Positions 38,946 through 48,150 of a stretch of 64,000 bases of DNA are shown in pieces. Under the pieces are notes generated by a model. That model was not told where the DNA came from and did no database searches. It saw nothing but the letters and a program-made list of their open reading frames with translations. Within the stretch, counting starts at the first letter, position 1. The number at the start of each line of letters is the position of its first letter. Origin of the DNA: Phycisphaerae bacterium (GTDB taxonomy: Bacteria > Planctomycetota > Phycisphaerae > UBA1845 > Fen-1342); contig JASFQK010000026.1 in NCBI GenBank assembly GCA_050115495.1, positions 1 to 64,000 on the forward strand. Direction: 5' to 3'. The translations under genes were made by a program, and so were the position numbers.

Positions 38946-40352
38946 ATGACAACGGCAGATCTGACGCCCATTCCGCGCGTAGACCTGGGAGATTTGGTTG
39001 CCGAGAGAGACCGGACTCTCAAGGAGTGGTACGTCCGAAACAAGCACCTGGAAATCGCCTCCGACTTCCAGAGCCGGAAGCTCTATTTCATTGGCAAGAA
39101 GGGGTCGGGGAAGAGCGCGATCCTGCAGATGATCCGGTTGAACCAACCCAGGGATCGAGTCATCGACCTGTCACGCGATGATTTGGGGCTTGACATTATT
39201 CCCGAGTATGGAGAACTCAGGAACCTAACGTCGCATAGCCAGAGTCTGCTGCTTCGGACTACATGGGATGCAGTCCTGATGCTAGAGGTTTATGAGCGTC
39301 TCAAGAGGTCCGGAAGACATGCCAAACGCAGCACGTCTTATCCCGCTTTTCAGACACTGTCGAAACGTATACTGGAAAGACGTGTTCACCCAGATTGCGC
39401 AACCGTGTTGCGGCTTGTCCTGACCGAGGTAACCGAGGCGTTTCGCAGCCGTCGCGCTTATCACGAAATCGATGTCCGGCACCCGGACTTCACGCAGATG
39501 CTGGCTGAGACGGAATTCGTGTCATTGGTCCATCAGGCGAAACGGAGCTTCGAGGAGCTTGTGTCTGGCAGGGAGACATTCGTACTGATCGATGATCTTG
39601 ACCAAGCGTGGTCTAACGATGCGCTGCAGTGTAGGTGTCTCGCATCGTTATTTGAGGCGATAGAGTATTTCAGCCAAGTACCGCTAATCAAGTTCGTCGT
39701 AGCCCTCCGATTCGACATCTTCCGCAAGCTCGACTTGGCCAACGCCGACAAGGTGTCTCAGCACGTCCACAGAATCACGTGGGGGCTTGATGAGTTGAAG
39801 ACGATCGTGATGAGCCGCATGCGAAAGGCGCTGAACGAAGCTAAGGGGCGGGTCGCCAAGCGCTTCGACCTACCACACGAGGGGGACGCAGTTCGGAAGA
39901 TCGTGTCGACATGTCTGCCTCATCCGAGAGATGTCATCGCGATGTTTCAGTTGCTTCTTGATGAGGCAGAAGTCCGCCATGCGACCAAGGTCAATGAGGA
40001 TATTCTGGCACACGTATCTGGCGAAATGAGCGGCAACCGGGTACGTTGGGTACGGGATGAATGGAAGCCGACGTACCCGTGGCTTGACGCCACGCTTCAC
40101 TCGATAGCCAAGGGCGTTCATATAATGAAGTATGACGAGTTGGTGCGGCACGTGTGCAAGGTTACCGACGAGCCTCCGGATGCGGTGATCGAGGGCCTGC
40201 TGAACACGGGCTTGGTGGGGATGAAGGGGAAGCCAGGCGGTGAAGCTCGGTATTTCATTCATGAGCCGGCACACGCGGGCCCATACAACAAAACAACGTA
40301 TTTCGAGATGCATCCTGCAGTGGCGAAGGCACTGCAAGCGAATCGCTGGTAG
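38946..40352 (+). CDS. P-loop ATPase (Sll1717/FunZ-like), lower GC
   Basis: LGDLVAERD, Walker A GKKGSGKS, Walker B FVLIDDLD, VVALRFDIF, PRDVI. Confidence 0.8.
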   Translation: MTTADLTPIPRVDLGDLVAERDRTLKEWYVRNKHLEIASDFQSRKLYFIGKKGSGKSAILQMIRLNQPRDRVIDLSRDDLGLDIIPEYGELRNLTSHSQSLLLRTTWDAVLMLEVYERLKRSGRHAKRSTSYPAFQTLSKRILERRVHPDCATVLRLVLTEVTEAFRSRRAYHEIDVRHPDFTQMLAETEFVSLVHQAKRSFEELVSGRETFVLIDDLDQAWSNDALQCRCLASLFEAIEYFSQVPLIKFVVALRFDIFRKLDLANADKVSQHVHRITWGLDELKTIVMSRMRKALNEAKGRVAKRFDLPHEGDAVRKIVSTCLPHPRDVIAMFQLLLDEAEVRHATKVNEDILAHVSGEMSGNRVRWVRDEWKPTYPWLDATLHSIAKGVHIMKYDELVRHVCKVTDEPPDAVIEGLLNTGLVGMKGKPGGEARYFIHEPAHAGPYNKTTYFEMHPAVAKALQANRW

Positions 40353-40501
40353 CCGCCGTTACTCAGACAGATTCAAGTCACCGGTGTACCGGTCATTCTG
40401 CACACGAGCGACAGTGCATCGGTGTCGGCGGCATGCCGACGTGCCGGAGAACGTCCGCTCCGGCTCATAGCTCAAGGACTGATGGCTGACGGCTCACGCA
40501 A

Positions 40502-40529
40502 GACGTCCGGTACGGAGCCCGGACGCTAC
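40502..40529 (-). repeat. GTAG-type REP
   Basis: GACGTCCGGTACGGAGCCCGGACGCTAC. Confidence 0.85.
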
Positions 40530-40537
40530 GGGTTCGT

Positions 40538-41617
40538 TCAGCGCGGGCGGAGGATGTCGCCGGAGTAGATGGCGTTGGGCATGACTTCGCATTCGGCCCA
40601 GCAGCCGGGGCAGGCGTCGACCCAGCGACGGGCGGTCGTCGATGGAAGGCCGTGCCAGACGTCGGCGAGCGATTGGCGGGCGAGGTTGCCGACCTGCTCG
40701 GTGTTGAACTGGCAGACGGGAACGCCGCCGTCGGGGAGGATGCGGATGTGGCTGCGCAGGGCGACGCAGCGCGGCTGCGGGCCCGCGCCGCGCTGGCCGT
40801 TGGCGGACAGCCGGCTTAGCAGGCCGCGGAGGTAATAGCGCTTGCCCCAGCGGAGCAGGGCGCTGCGATACGTGCCGGCGCGGGCCAATTCGGCCTGAAC
40901 GAAGCCGACCGCGTCGGCTCCGGCGAGGTCCGGGTGCAGCGGATAGCCGGTGGGGACGATCAGGTGCGAGGCCTTCTGGCCCTGGAGATCGGCGCTGTAC
41001 ATCGCCGAGTCGGAATAGGCCAGCACCGAGTGCACCTCGACGCCGAGCTCGTCGGCGAGGGTGCGTAGCTTGTCATTGTCGGCCATCGACTGCGGCGAGA
41101 TCACCGTGTGGTTGATGCTCACCTCGATGCCGCGGGCCGGCCGCAGGGTGACCAACCGCCGGACGGTGTCGATGGCCTGGGCGAACGTGGCGTGTTTGCC
41201 GCGATTGGCGTCGTGCGTCTCGGCGAGGCCGTCGAGCGAGACCATGAAGCGCAGCCGGCGCGAAGCGGAACAGCGCTCGACCAGCTCGACGGCCCGGTCG
41301 GGAAACGAGCCGTTGGTCGTGATGTGCAGCACCGTCGGCCGCGAGCGGGCGAGGATGGTCTCGGCGATCTCCGGCAGGTCCTTGCGCAGGAACGGCTCGC
41401 CGCCGGTGAGGCGGACGATGTCCAGCCGGCCGAGCTTGCCGAAGACGTCGGCGACTTGGGCGGGGGTGAGCTCGTCGCCGGCGGGGACCTGCCACGAATC
41501 GCACATGCCGCAGCGGGCGTTGCAGCGGTAGGTGACGATATACGTGCACCACGACGGACGCGGTACAGCCCCCCGACGGTTGCGCAGAATGCTGGCGGCG
41601 AGCTGGAGGATTCTCAT
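40538..41617 (-). CDS. Radical SAM/SPASM domain protein
   Basis: CNARCGMC, TGGEPFLR, C-terminal CVAL...PDGGVPVC...CPGCWAEC. Confidence 0.92.
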   Translation of the reverse strand: MRILQLAASILRNRRGAVPRPSWCTYIVTYRCNARCGMCDSWQVPAGDELTPAQVADVFGKLGRLDIVRLTGGEPFLRKDLPEIAETILARSRPTVLHITTNGSFPDRAVELVERCSASRRLRFMVSLDGLAETHDANRGKHATFAQAIDTVRRLVTLRPARGIEVSINHTVISPQSMADNDKLRTLADELGVEVHSVLAYSDSAMYSADLQGQKASHLIVPTGYPLHPDLAGADAVGFVQAELARAGTYRSALLRWGKRYYLRGLLSRLSANGQRGAGPQPRCVALRSHIRILPDGGVPVCQFNTEQVGNLARQSLADVWHGLPSTTARRWVDACPGCWAECEVMPNAIYSGDILRPR

Positions 41618-42717
41618 GAGCGTGCTTTTTCGGTGGGGGCGGGCGTTGGGCTGTCGCCGCCGGCGAGCTCGGTGATGAACTGCTCGATGGTGGCCAGGGC
41701 CTCGCTCCGGCCGTCGCGGGCGTGTCGGCGGATGTTCTCGCGCCACTCCTCTTCGCGGGCGAGGAACTCCTCGATCACCGCCGCGGAGAAGTCGGCGTGG
41801 CGCACCTGCTGGCCGATGCCCAGGCGGGCGAGGGCGGCCGCGTTCAGCCGCTGCTCGACGCAGTCCTCGGGTGTGACCAGCAGCGGCTTGCCCAGGTGCA
41901 TCGCTTCGCCGACCAACTGGTTGCCGGCGGTGCTGATGATGGCGCGGCAACTGGCCATGTCTTCGAGGAAGGGCAGGTCGCTCGGCGGCCGGTAGGTGAG
42001 CTGCCCGTCGACGCCGCAACGGGGTACGCCGTAGACGAGGATGGGCAGGCCGATCTTGCGGAGGGCGTACTCGACGTGGGGCGTGTACTGGTGCTCGCCC
42101 TTGTTGAAGTAGGCGAGCAGGTGCGAGCCGCGCCGCGGGCGCATGCGGAGCACTTCGTCGCGGAGGATGGGCCCGATGACCCGTACGCCGCTATGTCGCG
42201 TCGGAGCGTCGTAGAAGCTGGAGACGATGACCCGCTCCGGCTGACCCATCAGCGTGCGGTAGACGAAAACGTCGCGGCGGCTGCTCACACGGTCGCCCCA
42301 GGGGATATCCGGCCGGCAGTAGACCATGATGCCGAAGTGGTCGAAGCCGATGCGCGGCACGCCGAGGCGGCGGGCGACACCGTGGGTCCAGGGCTCGGCG
42401 TCGGAAATGACGACGTCCGGGCGAAAGTCCTGCATCTCCTTCATGATGCTCTGGGACACCGGACCACCGAAGAGGATGTCCAGCGCGTTCCAGATGTTTT
42501 TGCGGAGGGTCAGGTAGTTCGAGCGCTTGGCCCCCGTCGCGTAGGCGTAGCCCAGCGTGGGGATGCGGATCAGCGGATACCGCGTGAACAGGGCGTCGTA
42601 GGCGTCTCCGCCGGCGAAGATCTGCACTTCGTGGCGGCGACAGAGTTCGGGGAGGACTGCTCCGCTGCGCGTCGCATGCCCCCGTCCGTAGCCGAAAATG
42701 CCATAGCTGATGCGCAC
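41614..42717 (-). CDS. MJ1255/VC2487-like GT-B glycosyltransferase (MurG/GT28-related)
   Basis: RISYGIFGYGRGHATRS, PDVVISDAEP, STAGNQLVGEAMHLGKP...EQRLNA. Confidence 0.85.
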   Translation of the reverse strand: MRISYGIFGYGRGHATRSGAVLPELCRRHEVQIFAGGDAYDALFTRYPLIRIPTLGYAYATGAKRSNYLTLRKNIWNALDILFGGPVSQSIMKEMQDFRPDVVISDAEPWTHGVARRLGVPRIGFDHFGIMVYCRPDIPWGDRVSSRRDVFVYRTLMGQPERVIVSSFYDAPTRHSGVRVIGPILRDEVLRMRPRRGSHLLAYFNKGEHQYTPHVEYALRKIGLPILVYGVPRCGVDGQLTYRPPSDLPFLEDMASCRAIISTAGNQLVGEAMHLGKPLLVTPEDCVEQRLNAAALARLGIGQQVRHADFSAAVIEEFLAREEEWRENIRRHARDGRSEALATIEQFITELAGGDSPTPAPTEKARS

Positions 42718-42776
42718 GAGCCTATCTCCTCGCTCTCGCCCGGGAGACAGTATTCCGCGTGCGTGTGAATGTATCG

Positions 42777-44027
42777 TTAGGTTTGCTGAGAAACAACATG
42801 AGTTCGGCGTCGCGCGGTCGGGTTTTGTTTGGGTTCTGCCCGCGGGCGGCCCACCGCGGCGAGCAGCCCCGCGGCCAGTCCGAGGAACAGCACGCCGGAA
42901 CCTCCCGCCGACACGAACGGCAGCGAAATGCCCTTGGTCGGCACGCTGTTGGTTACGACGCCGACGTTGAACGCGGCTTGCAGGCAGAGCAGCAGCGTCA
43001 GGCCACCGGCCAGCAGGCGGCCGAACGTGTCCGGGGCCCGGCGGGCCAACCGCCAGCCGCGCCAGAGCAGCACGAGGAACAGGGCGATCACGACCAGCCC
43101 GCCGATGGCGCCCAGTTCCTCGCAGACGGTGGCGAGGATGAAGTCGTTGTTCTGCTGCGGCAGATAGCCATACTTCTGGACGCCGGCTCCCAACCCGCGG
43201 CCGAACCAGCCGCCGGAGCCGATGGCCAGCATGGACTGATCGACCTGGTAGCCTTCGCCGCGGGGATCCGGCGCTTCCGAGAAGAAGGTCATCAGGCGTT
43301 GGAGGCGGTACGAGTCTTTGACGAGCAGGATGACGCCGCCGGCCAGCCCGAGCAGACCCATGCTCAGCATGTGCCACCAGCGGGCCCCGGCCAGAAAGAG
43401 CAGGGCGAGCGTAACGGTGCCCATCAGGGCGGCGGTGCCGAAATCCTCGACGCCGGTCAGGCCGATGAGCAGACCGGCGCTGAGCACCGCCGGCAGGAAG
43501 CCGCGTCGCAGGTTGTGCAGGCGGGGCGGGGCGTTGAGCCGATCGCCCTGGGGCGTTTGCAGGCGGGCGAGCAAGGCGGCCAACCAGATGACCAGGATGA
43601 CCTTCGCCGGCTCGGCGGGCTGGAAGCTGAGCGGAAACGGGTGGCGGAAGACGACGATGGAGCGTTGTGCGCCGAGCGTCTCGGTCCCGACGACAAGCAT
43701 GGCCACCAGGAGCAGGGCGGCCAAGACGTAGAGGACCGCGGCGCGCCAGCCGTCGCGGCGTCGCGTCCAGGACAGCCAGCGATAGTCGCAGTGCGCCGCG
43801 AAGAGCATCGCGCCGAAGCCGAGCAGAGCGAAGACCGACTGCCGCCAGGGCGTGTTCCACCAGCGCCGCCAGTCGAGCTCGGCGCCGGCGACGGTGACCG
43901 ATGCCGAGTACACCATCACGCAGCCGAGCGTCATCAGGGCTCCGGCCACGAGGAGGATGACGGGGTCGAAGGGCAGTGCCGCCGGCTGATCGGGCAGAGT
44001 GGGCGAAGCTGCGCGCGTGTCGGCCAT
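42777..44027 (-). CDS. ftsW: SEDS peptidoglycan glycosyltransferase FtsW
   Basis: MVYSAS, FQPAEPAK, DFGTA, GYQVDQS..AIGSGGWFGRGLG, KGISLPFVSAGGS. Confidence 0.93.
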   Translation of the reverse strand: MADTRAASPTLPDQPAALPFDPVILLVAGALMTLGCVMVYSASVTVAGAELDWRRWWNTPWRQSVFALLGFGAMLFAAHCDYRWLSWTRRRDGWRAAVLYVLAALLLVAMLVVGTETLGAQRSIVVFRHPFPLSFQPAEPAKVILVIWLAALLARLQTPQGDRLNAPPRLHNLRRGFLPAVLSAGLLIGLTGVEDFGTAALMGTVTLALLFLAGARWWHMLSMGLLGLAGGVILLVKDSYRLQRLMTFFSEAPDPRGEGYQVDQSMLAIGSGGWFGRGLGAGVQKYGYLPQQNNDFILATVCEELGAIGGLVVIALFLVLLWRGWRLARRAPDTFGRLLAGGLTLLLCLQAAFNVGVVTNSVPTKGISLPFVSAGGSGVLFLGLAAGLLAAVGRPRAEPKQNPTARRRTHVVSQQT

Positions 44028-44031
44028 CGCC

Positions 44032-45171
44032 TCACCTCATCTTGATCGTGGCCAGGGCGAAGGCGGCGAAGAGGGCCGCCAGCAGCCAGAAGCGCATGAC
44101 GACCTGCGTCTCCGACCAGCCGCCCAGGTGGAAATGGTGATGCAGCGGGGCACAGCGGAAGAAGCGCTTGCCGGTACCCTTGTAGTAGAAGATCTGGATG
44201 AGCACGGAGACGCCCTCGATCACGAAGACGCCGCCGACGATGAGCAGCATCAGCTCGAGCCGGGTGACGATGGCGACGTAACCCATCAGGCCGCCGAGCG
44301 GCAGGGCCCCGGTGTCGCCCATGAAGACCTGCGCCGGATACGCGTTGTACCAGAGGAAGCCGAGGCAGGCACCCATCGCCGCCCCGCAAAGGACGGCGAG
44401 CTCGGCGGCCTGTGGTATCGGCGCGAAGAGCAGGGAATGCGCCCGGTCGAAATCGCCCACGACGTACGCCAGGATCATGAAGGCGAACGCGGTCATCACC
44501 ATGCAGCCGCTGGCCAGACCGTCCATGCCGTCGGTGAGATTGACGGCGTTGGACGTGCCGGCGATGACGATCACGGCGAGGATGGCGAAAACGGCGGTCG
44601 GCAGGGCGATGCCGGGCTTGTAGAAGGGGACGCTCAGGACGTTGTAGAAGCGGCCGGCATCGACACCCTGGAAGAGCCCGGCCTGGATAGCGTTTGTCTC
44701 GCCGGCGCGCAGGATGAACATGGCCAGCAGGGCGCCGAGGGCCGCCTGGAAGACGAGCTTTTCCCAGAGGTGCAGTCCGTCGCGTGTGCCGCCGCGCCGG
44801 GCCGAAGTGAGCTTCAGCCCGTCATCCACGCCGCCGACGAGGCCCAGCCAGAGCACACAGAACAGGCCCATGCGCACGTAGAAGTTGCCGAGGTCGGCCA
44901 GCAGCAGGCCGGCGACAAAGATAGCCGCCACGATCATCACGCCGCCCATCGTGGGCGTGTTGCGCTTCTCGGCCATGAGGCGATTCAGCGCGGCGTGGTC
45001 GAATTCCGGGCGGTCGCCGATCTTGAGGCGGGTCAGCGTGCGGATGACGCGCGGTCCCAGGGCCCACACGACGATGAAAGCCAGGAGCACGGCCATTGCG
45101 CCGCGGAAGAGCGGGTCGTTGTGGGCGTAGTTCGGACCCGGTTTCCACCAATGAAACAGCAGATATAGCAT
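44032..45171 (-). CDS. mraY: Phospho-N-acetylmuramoyl-pentapeptide transferase
   Basis: TPTMGG, NAVNLTDGMDGLA, VFMGDTG, APLHHHF. Confidence 0.96.
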   Translation of the reverse strand: MLYLLFHWWKPGPNYAHNDPLFRGAMAVLLAFIVVWALGPRVIRTLTRLKIGDRPEFDHAALNRLMAEKRNTPTMGGVMIVAAIFVAGLLLADLGNFYVRMGLFCVLWLGLVGGVDDGLKLTSARRGGTRDGLHLWEKLVFQAALGALLAMFILRAGETNAIQAGLFQGVDAGRFYNVLSVPFYKPGIALPTAVFAILAVIVIAGTSNAVNLTDGMDGLASGCMVMTAFAFMILAYVVGDFDRAHSLLFAPIPQAAELAVLCGAAMGACLGFLWYNAYPAQVFMGDTGALPLGGLMGYVAIVTRLELMLLIVGGVFVIEGVSVLIQIFYYKGTGKRFFRCAPLHHHFHLGGWSETQVVMRFWLLAALFAAFALATIKMR

Positions 45172-45175
45172 CGGC

Positions 45176-46591
45176 CTACTTGCTCGGCGCCGGACCGAAG
45201 TGCTGGCGGAGCGGCTCGACCAGCCGATCCAGCCCCACGGCCCGCGACGCCTTCAACAGCAGCACGTCTCCGTCGCGCAGCTCCTCCCGCAAATGCGACA
45301 GGCACGCGTCCACGTCCGCACAGTGTACGACCCGCGGCCCGGAAAGCTGCGCGTCCTTCAACTCCTCGGCCATCATCGCTCCGGCTGCCCCCACGAGGCA
45401 CACCCGATCGACCCGCCGACCGGCGAGCTGACGGGCCAGCCGGCGATGCAGTTCCGCCGACTGGTCGCCCAGTTCGCACATCTCGCCGAAGACGACGAGC
45501 CGTCGGCCGGGAGCCGGGAGCGATTCCAACACGTCCAGGGCGGCCAGGGCGCTGCCGGGGTTTGCGTTGTACGCGTCGTTCAGCAGCGTGATGCCGCCCA
45601 TCGTAATCACTTCGTTTCGCATCGGCGGCAGCGCGAACGTCTCCAGCCGGCCGGCGATCTCCGCGTGATCCAGGCCCATCCGGCGGGCAACCGTGATCGC
45701 TCCGCAGGCGTTCACCGCGTTGTGCTTGCCCGCCAGCCGTAGCCTGTAGTCGAACCGCCCGTTGACGGTGAAGCGCAGCCAGGGCGATTCGTATTGCGCG
45801 GCCGTCAGGCGGATGTCGGCCTCGGCCGTCCAGCCGAACGTGGCCAGCGTCAAGCCTTGTGTGGGCAGATACTGCCGCACGAGCGCGTTGTCCACGTTCA
45901 CCGCTGCGAAACCGCCCGGAGAGAGCTGGTCGAAGACCGAGCATTCCTCAGCGGCGACGCCGCCCAGGCTGCCCAGGCCTTCGAGGTGTTCCTCGGCCAG
46001 GCAGGTCAGCACGGCCATGTCCGGCCGTGCCAGTGTCGCCAGGGCAGCGACCTCGCCCGGTGCACTCGTGCCGATCTCGACCACTATGAACTCGTCGGCG
46101 GCCTCGGCCGACAGCAGTGTCAGCGGCACGCCGATGGCATTGTTGAAGCTCTTCGGCGAGCAGCGGCCGCTCATCCGTCCAGCCAGGACGTGCGTGATCA
46201 TCGACTTGGTCGTCGTCTTGCCGTTGCTGCCGACGACGGCGATGAGCGTCGCCGAGACCAGTTGGCGATGATAGGCCGCCAGCCGGCCGAGGGCCCGCAC
46301 CACGTCGTCGACCTCGATGAGCACGATGTCCGGGGCGGCTGCCTTTCGCAGGGCCTCGGTGACGGCGGAGCCGCGCCCGCTGGCGATGACGGCTGCCACC
46401 GCGCCGGCCTTGGCGGCGGCGGGCACGAAGTCGTGTCCGTCGAAATGCGGGCCGGGAATCGCGAAGAAGAGCTCGCCGGGACGCAGCGAGCGCGAGTCGG
46501 TGGACACACCGCCGATGGCAGCCACGGGCACGCCATCGCGTGACCGGCCGCCGATCGCTTCCACCGTTTCCGTCAGGGTCAGCTTGATCAA
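45176..46591 (-). CDS. murF: UDP-MurNAc-tripeptide--D-Ala-D-Ala ligase
   Basis: STDSR, GSNGKTTTK, FNNAIGVPLTL, NDAYNANP, LLKASR; TTG start overlapping the murE stop. Confidence 0.93.
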   Translation of the reverse strand: MIKLTLTETVEAIGGRSRDGVPVAAIGGVSTDSRSLRPGELFFAIPGPHFDGHDFVPAAAKAGAVAAVIASGRGSAVTEALRKAAAPDIVLIEVDDVVRALGRLAAYHRQLVSATLIAVVGSNGKTTTKSMITHVLAGRMSGRCSPKSFNNAIGVPLTLLSAEAADEFIVVEIGTSAPGEVAALATLARPDMAVLTCLAEEHLEGLGSLGGVAAEECSVFDQLSPGGFAAVNVDNALVRQYLPTQGLTLATFGWTAEADIRLTAAQYESPWLRFTVNGRFDYRLRLAGKHNAVNACGAITVARRMGLDHAEIAGRLETFALPPMRNEVITMGGITLLNDAYNANPGSALAALDVLESLPAPGRRLVVFGEMCELGDQSAELHRRLARQLAGRRVDRVCLVGAAGAMMAEELKDAQLSGPRVVHCADVDACLSHLREELRDGDVLLLKASRAVGLDRLVEPLRQHFGPAPSK

Positions 46592-48150
46592 GGGGTGAAG
46601 ACTCCGCCGCGACCACGGGCGAGATCGGCGGTCGCCTGCAAGGCCACCTCGACGTCGTCGAAGTGCACGCGCCGCTCGCCCAGTATCTGGTAATTCTCGT
46701 GGCCCTTGCCGGCGATGAGGACGACATCGCCTGCGCCGGCGTCGGCCAGGGCTGTCCGAATGGCCCGCGCTCGGTCCACCTCGACGGTGACGTGCTGGCG
46801 GACCTCGGGCGTGAAGCCGGTGAGGATCTCGTCGATAATCTGCTGCGGATCCTCGGTTCGGGGGTTGTCGCTGGTGACGACGATCGTGTGGGCCCATTCG
46901 GCCACCGCCGCGGCCATGCGCGGCCGCTTACTGCGATCGCGGTCGCCGCCGCAGCCGAAGACGACAATCATCCGCCCGCGGGTCAGTGGCCGCAGCACGG
47001 ACAGCACGTTTCGCAGAGCGTCGTCCGTGTGGGCATAGTCGACGAAGACGTCGGAACCGCTGGCGCAGGGGACGCGCTGCAAGCGGCCCGGGATGTTTCG
47101 CACCGCCGTCAGTCCGGCCTGCACCGCCTCGGGCGAAGCGCCCAATGCCGTGACCAATCCCGCCGCGGCGAGAGCGTTGTACACGTTGTGCCGGCCGACG
47201 ATGGCGTTTTCGAGCACGAGGTCATCGCGGCCGAGACGCATGCGGTAGTACGTGCCGCCGATCGTGTCGCGCGAGATCGAGCCGGTGATGTCCGCGTCGC
47301 CGCGGAGCGAGTACCAGACGATGCGGGCCCGGCAGTCGCGCACCATCTCCGCCCCGTGCGGATCGTCGCGGTTGATGACGGCGACGGCGTCGGCGTCGAG
47401 GCCGGTGAAGAGGCGGGCTTTGACGTCGCGGTATTGCTCCAGCGTGCCGTGATAGTCGAGGTGATCGCCGGTGAGGTTGGTGAAGGCGGCGGCGGCGATG
47501 CGCAGTCCCGCCGTGCGCTGCTGGTCCAGGGCGTGGCTCGAAATCTCCAGCACGCTGGCTGTCGCGCCGGCGGCGGCACACTCACGCAGATGGCTGGCCA
47601 GCTCGAGGGCGCCCGGCGTGGTCATCCGCGCCGTGACGCTCCGTCCGCACAGGTCGTACCGCACCGTGCCCAGCAGGCCGACGGTGTGGCCGGCGGCCTG
47701 GAGAATCGAACGTGTCATGATGGCCGTGGTGGTCTTGCCGTTGGTGCCGGTGACGCCGACGAGCTGCATCGCCGCACCGGGCCCAGCGTCGAGCCCATGC
47801 CAGCGTACAGCCAGTTGGGCCAGGACGGCGCGGGCGTCGGCCACGTTCACCACGAGAGCATCGTCGCGTGGCGGCAGTTCCTCGCCGATCAGCACGGTGG
47901 CCCCGCGGCGGACCGCATCATCGACGAAGCGGCTGCCGTCGGCCGCCGAGCCGCGTATGGCGACGAACAAGCTGCCGGGCACGACCCGGCGTGAATCGTC
48001 GCAGACGTCGGCGACGGGTTGGTTGGCCCGCGCCGCGATGGACCCCGGTTCGACCAGGCCACTCAATAACTCGCCCAGTTTGCGCGCACTCATTCCTTGC
48101 CCGTCCGCATCCACGAGAGCCTCGGCCACGCTGCCGGCCGGCGCGTTCAT
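46588..48150 (-). CDS. murE: UDP-MurNAc-dipeptide--meso-DAP ligase
   Basis: GTNGKTT, EISSHAL, DYAHT, FGCGGDRD, SDNPR, IAGKGHE. Confidence 0.95.
   Translation of the reverse strand: MNAPAGSVAEALVDADGQGMSARKLGELLSGLVEPGSIAARANQPVADVCDDSRRVVPGSLFVAIRGSAADGSRFVDDAVRRGATVLIGEELPPRDDALVVNVADARAVLAQLAVRWHGLDAGPGAAMQLVGVTGTNGKTTTAIMTRSILQAAGHTVGLLGTVRYDLCGRSVTARMTTPGALELASHLRECAAAGATASVLEISSHALDQQRTAGLRIAAAAFTNLTGDHLDYHGTLEQYRDVKARLFTGLDADAVAVINRDDPHGAEMVRDCRARIVWYSLRGDADITGSISRDTIGGTYYRMRLGRDDLVLENAIVGRHNVYNALAAAGLVTALGASPEAVQAGLTAVRNIPGRLQRVPCASGSDVFVDYAHTDDALRNVLSVLRPLTRGRMIVVFGCGGDRDRSKRPRMAAAVAEWAHTIVVTSDNPRTEDPQQIIDEILTGFTPEVRQHVTVEVDRARAIRTALADAGAGDVVLIAGKGHENYQILGERRVHFDDVEVALQATADLARGRGGVFTP

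Noticed and set aside
38685..40634. Diversity-generating retroelement TR/VR pair
   Set aside because: Mismatches are few, silent and not adenine-specific; no reverse transcriptase in the window
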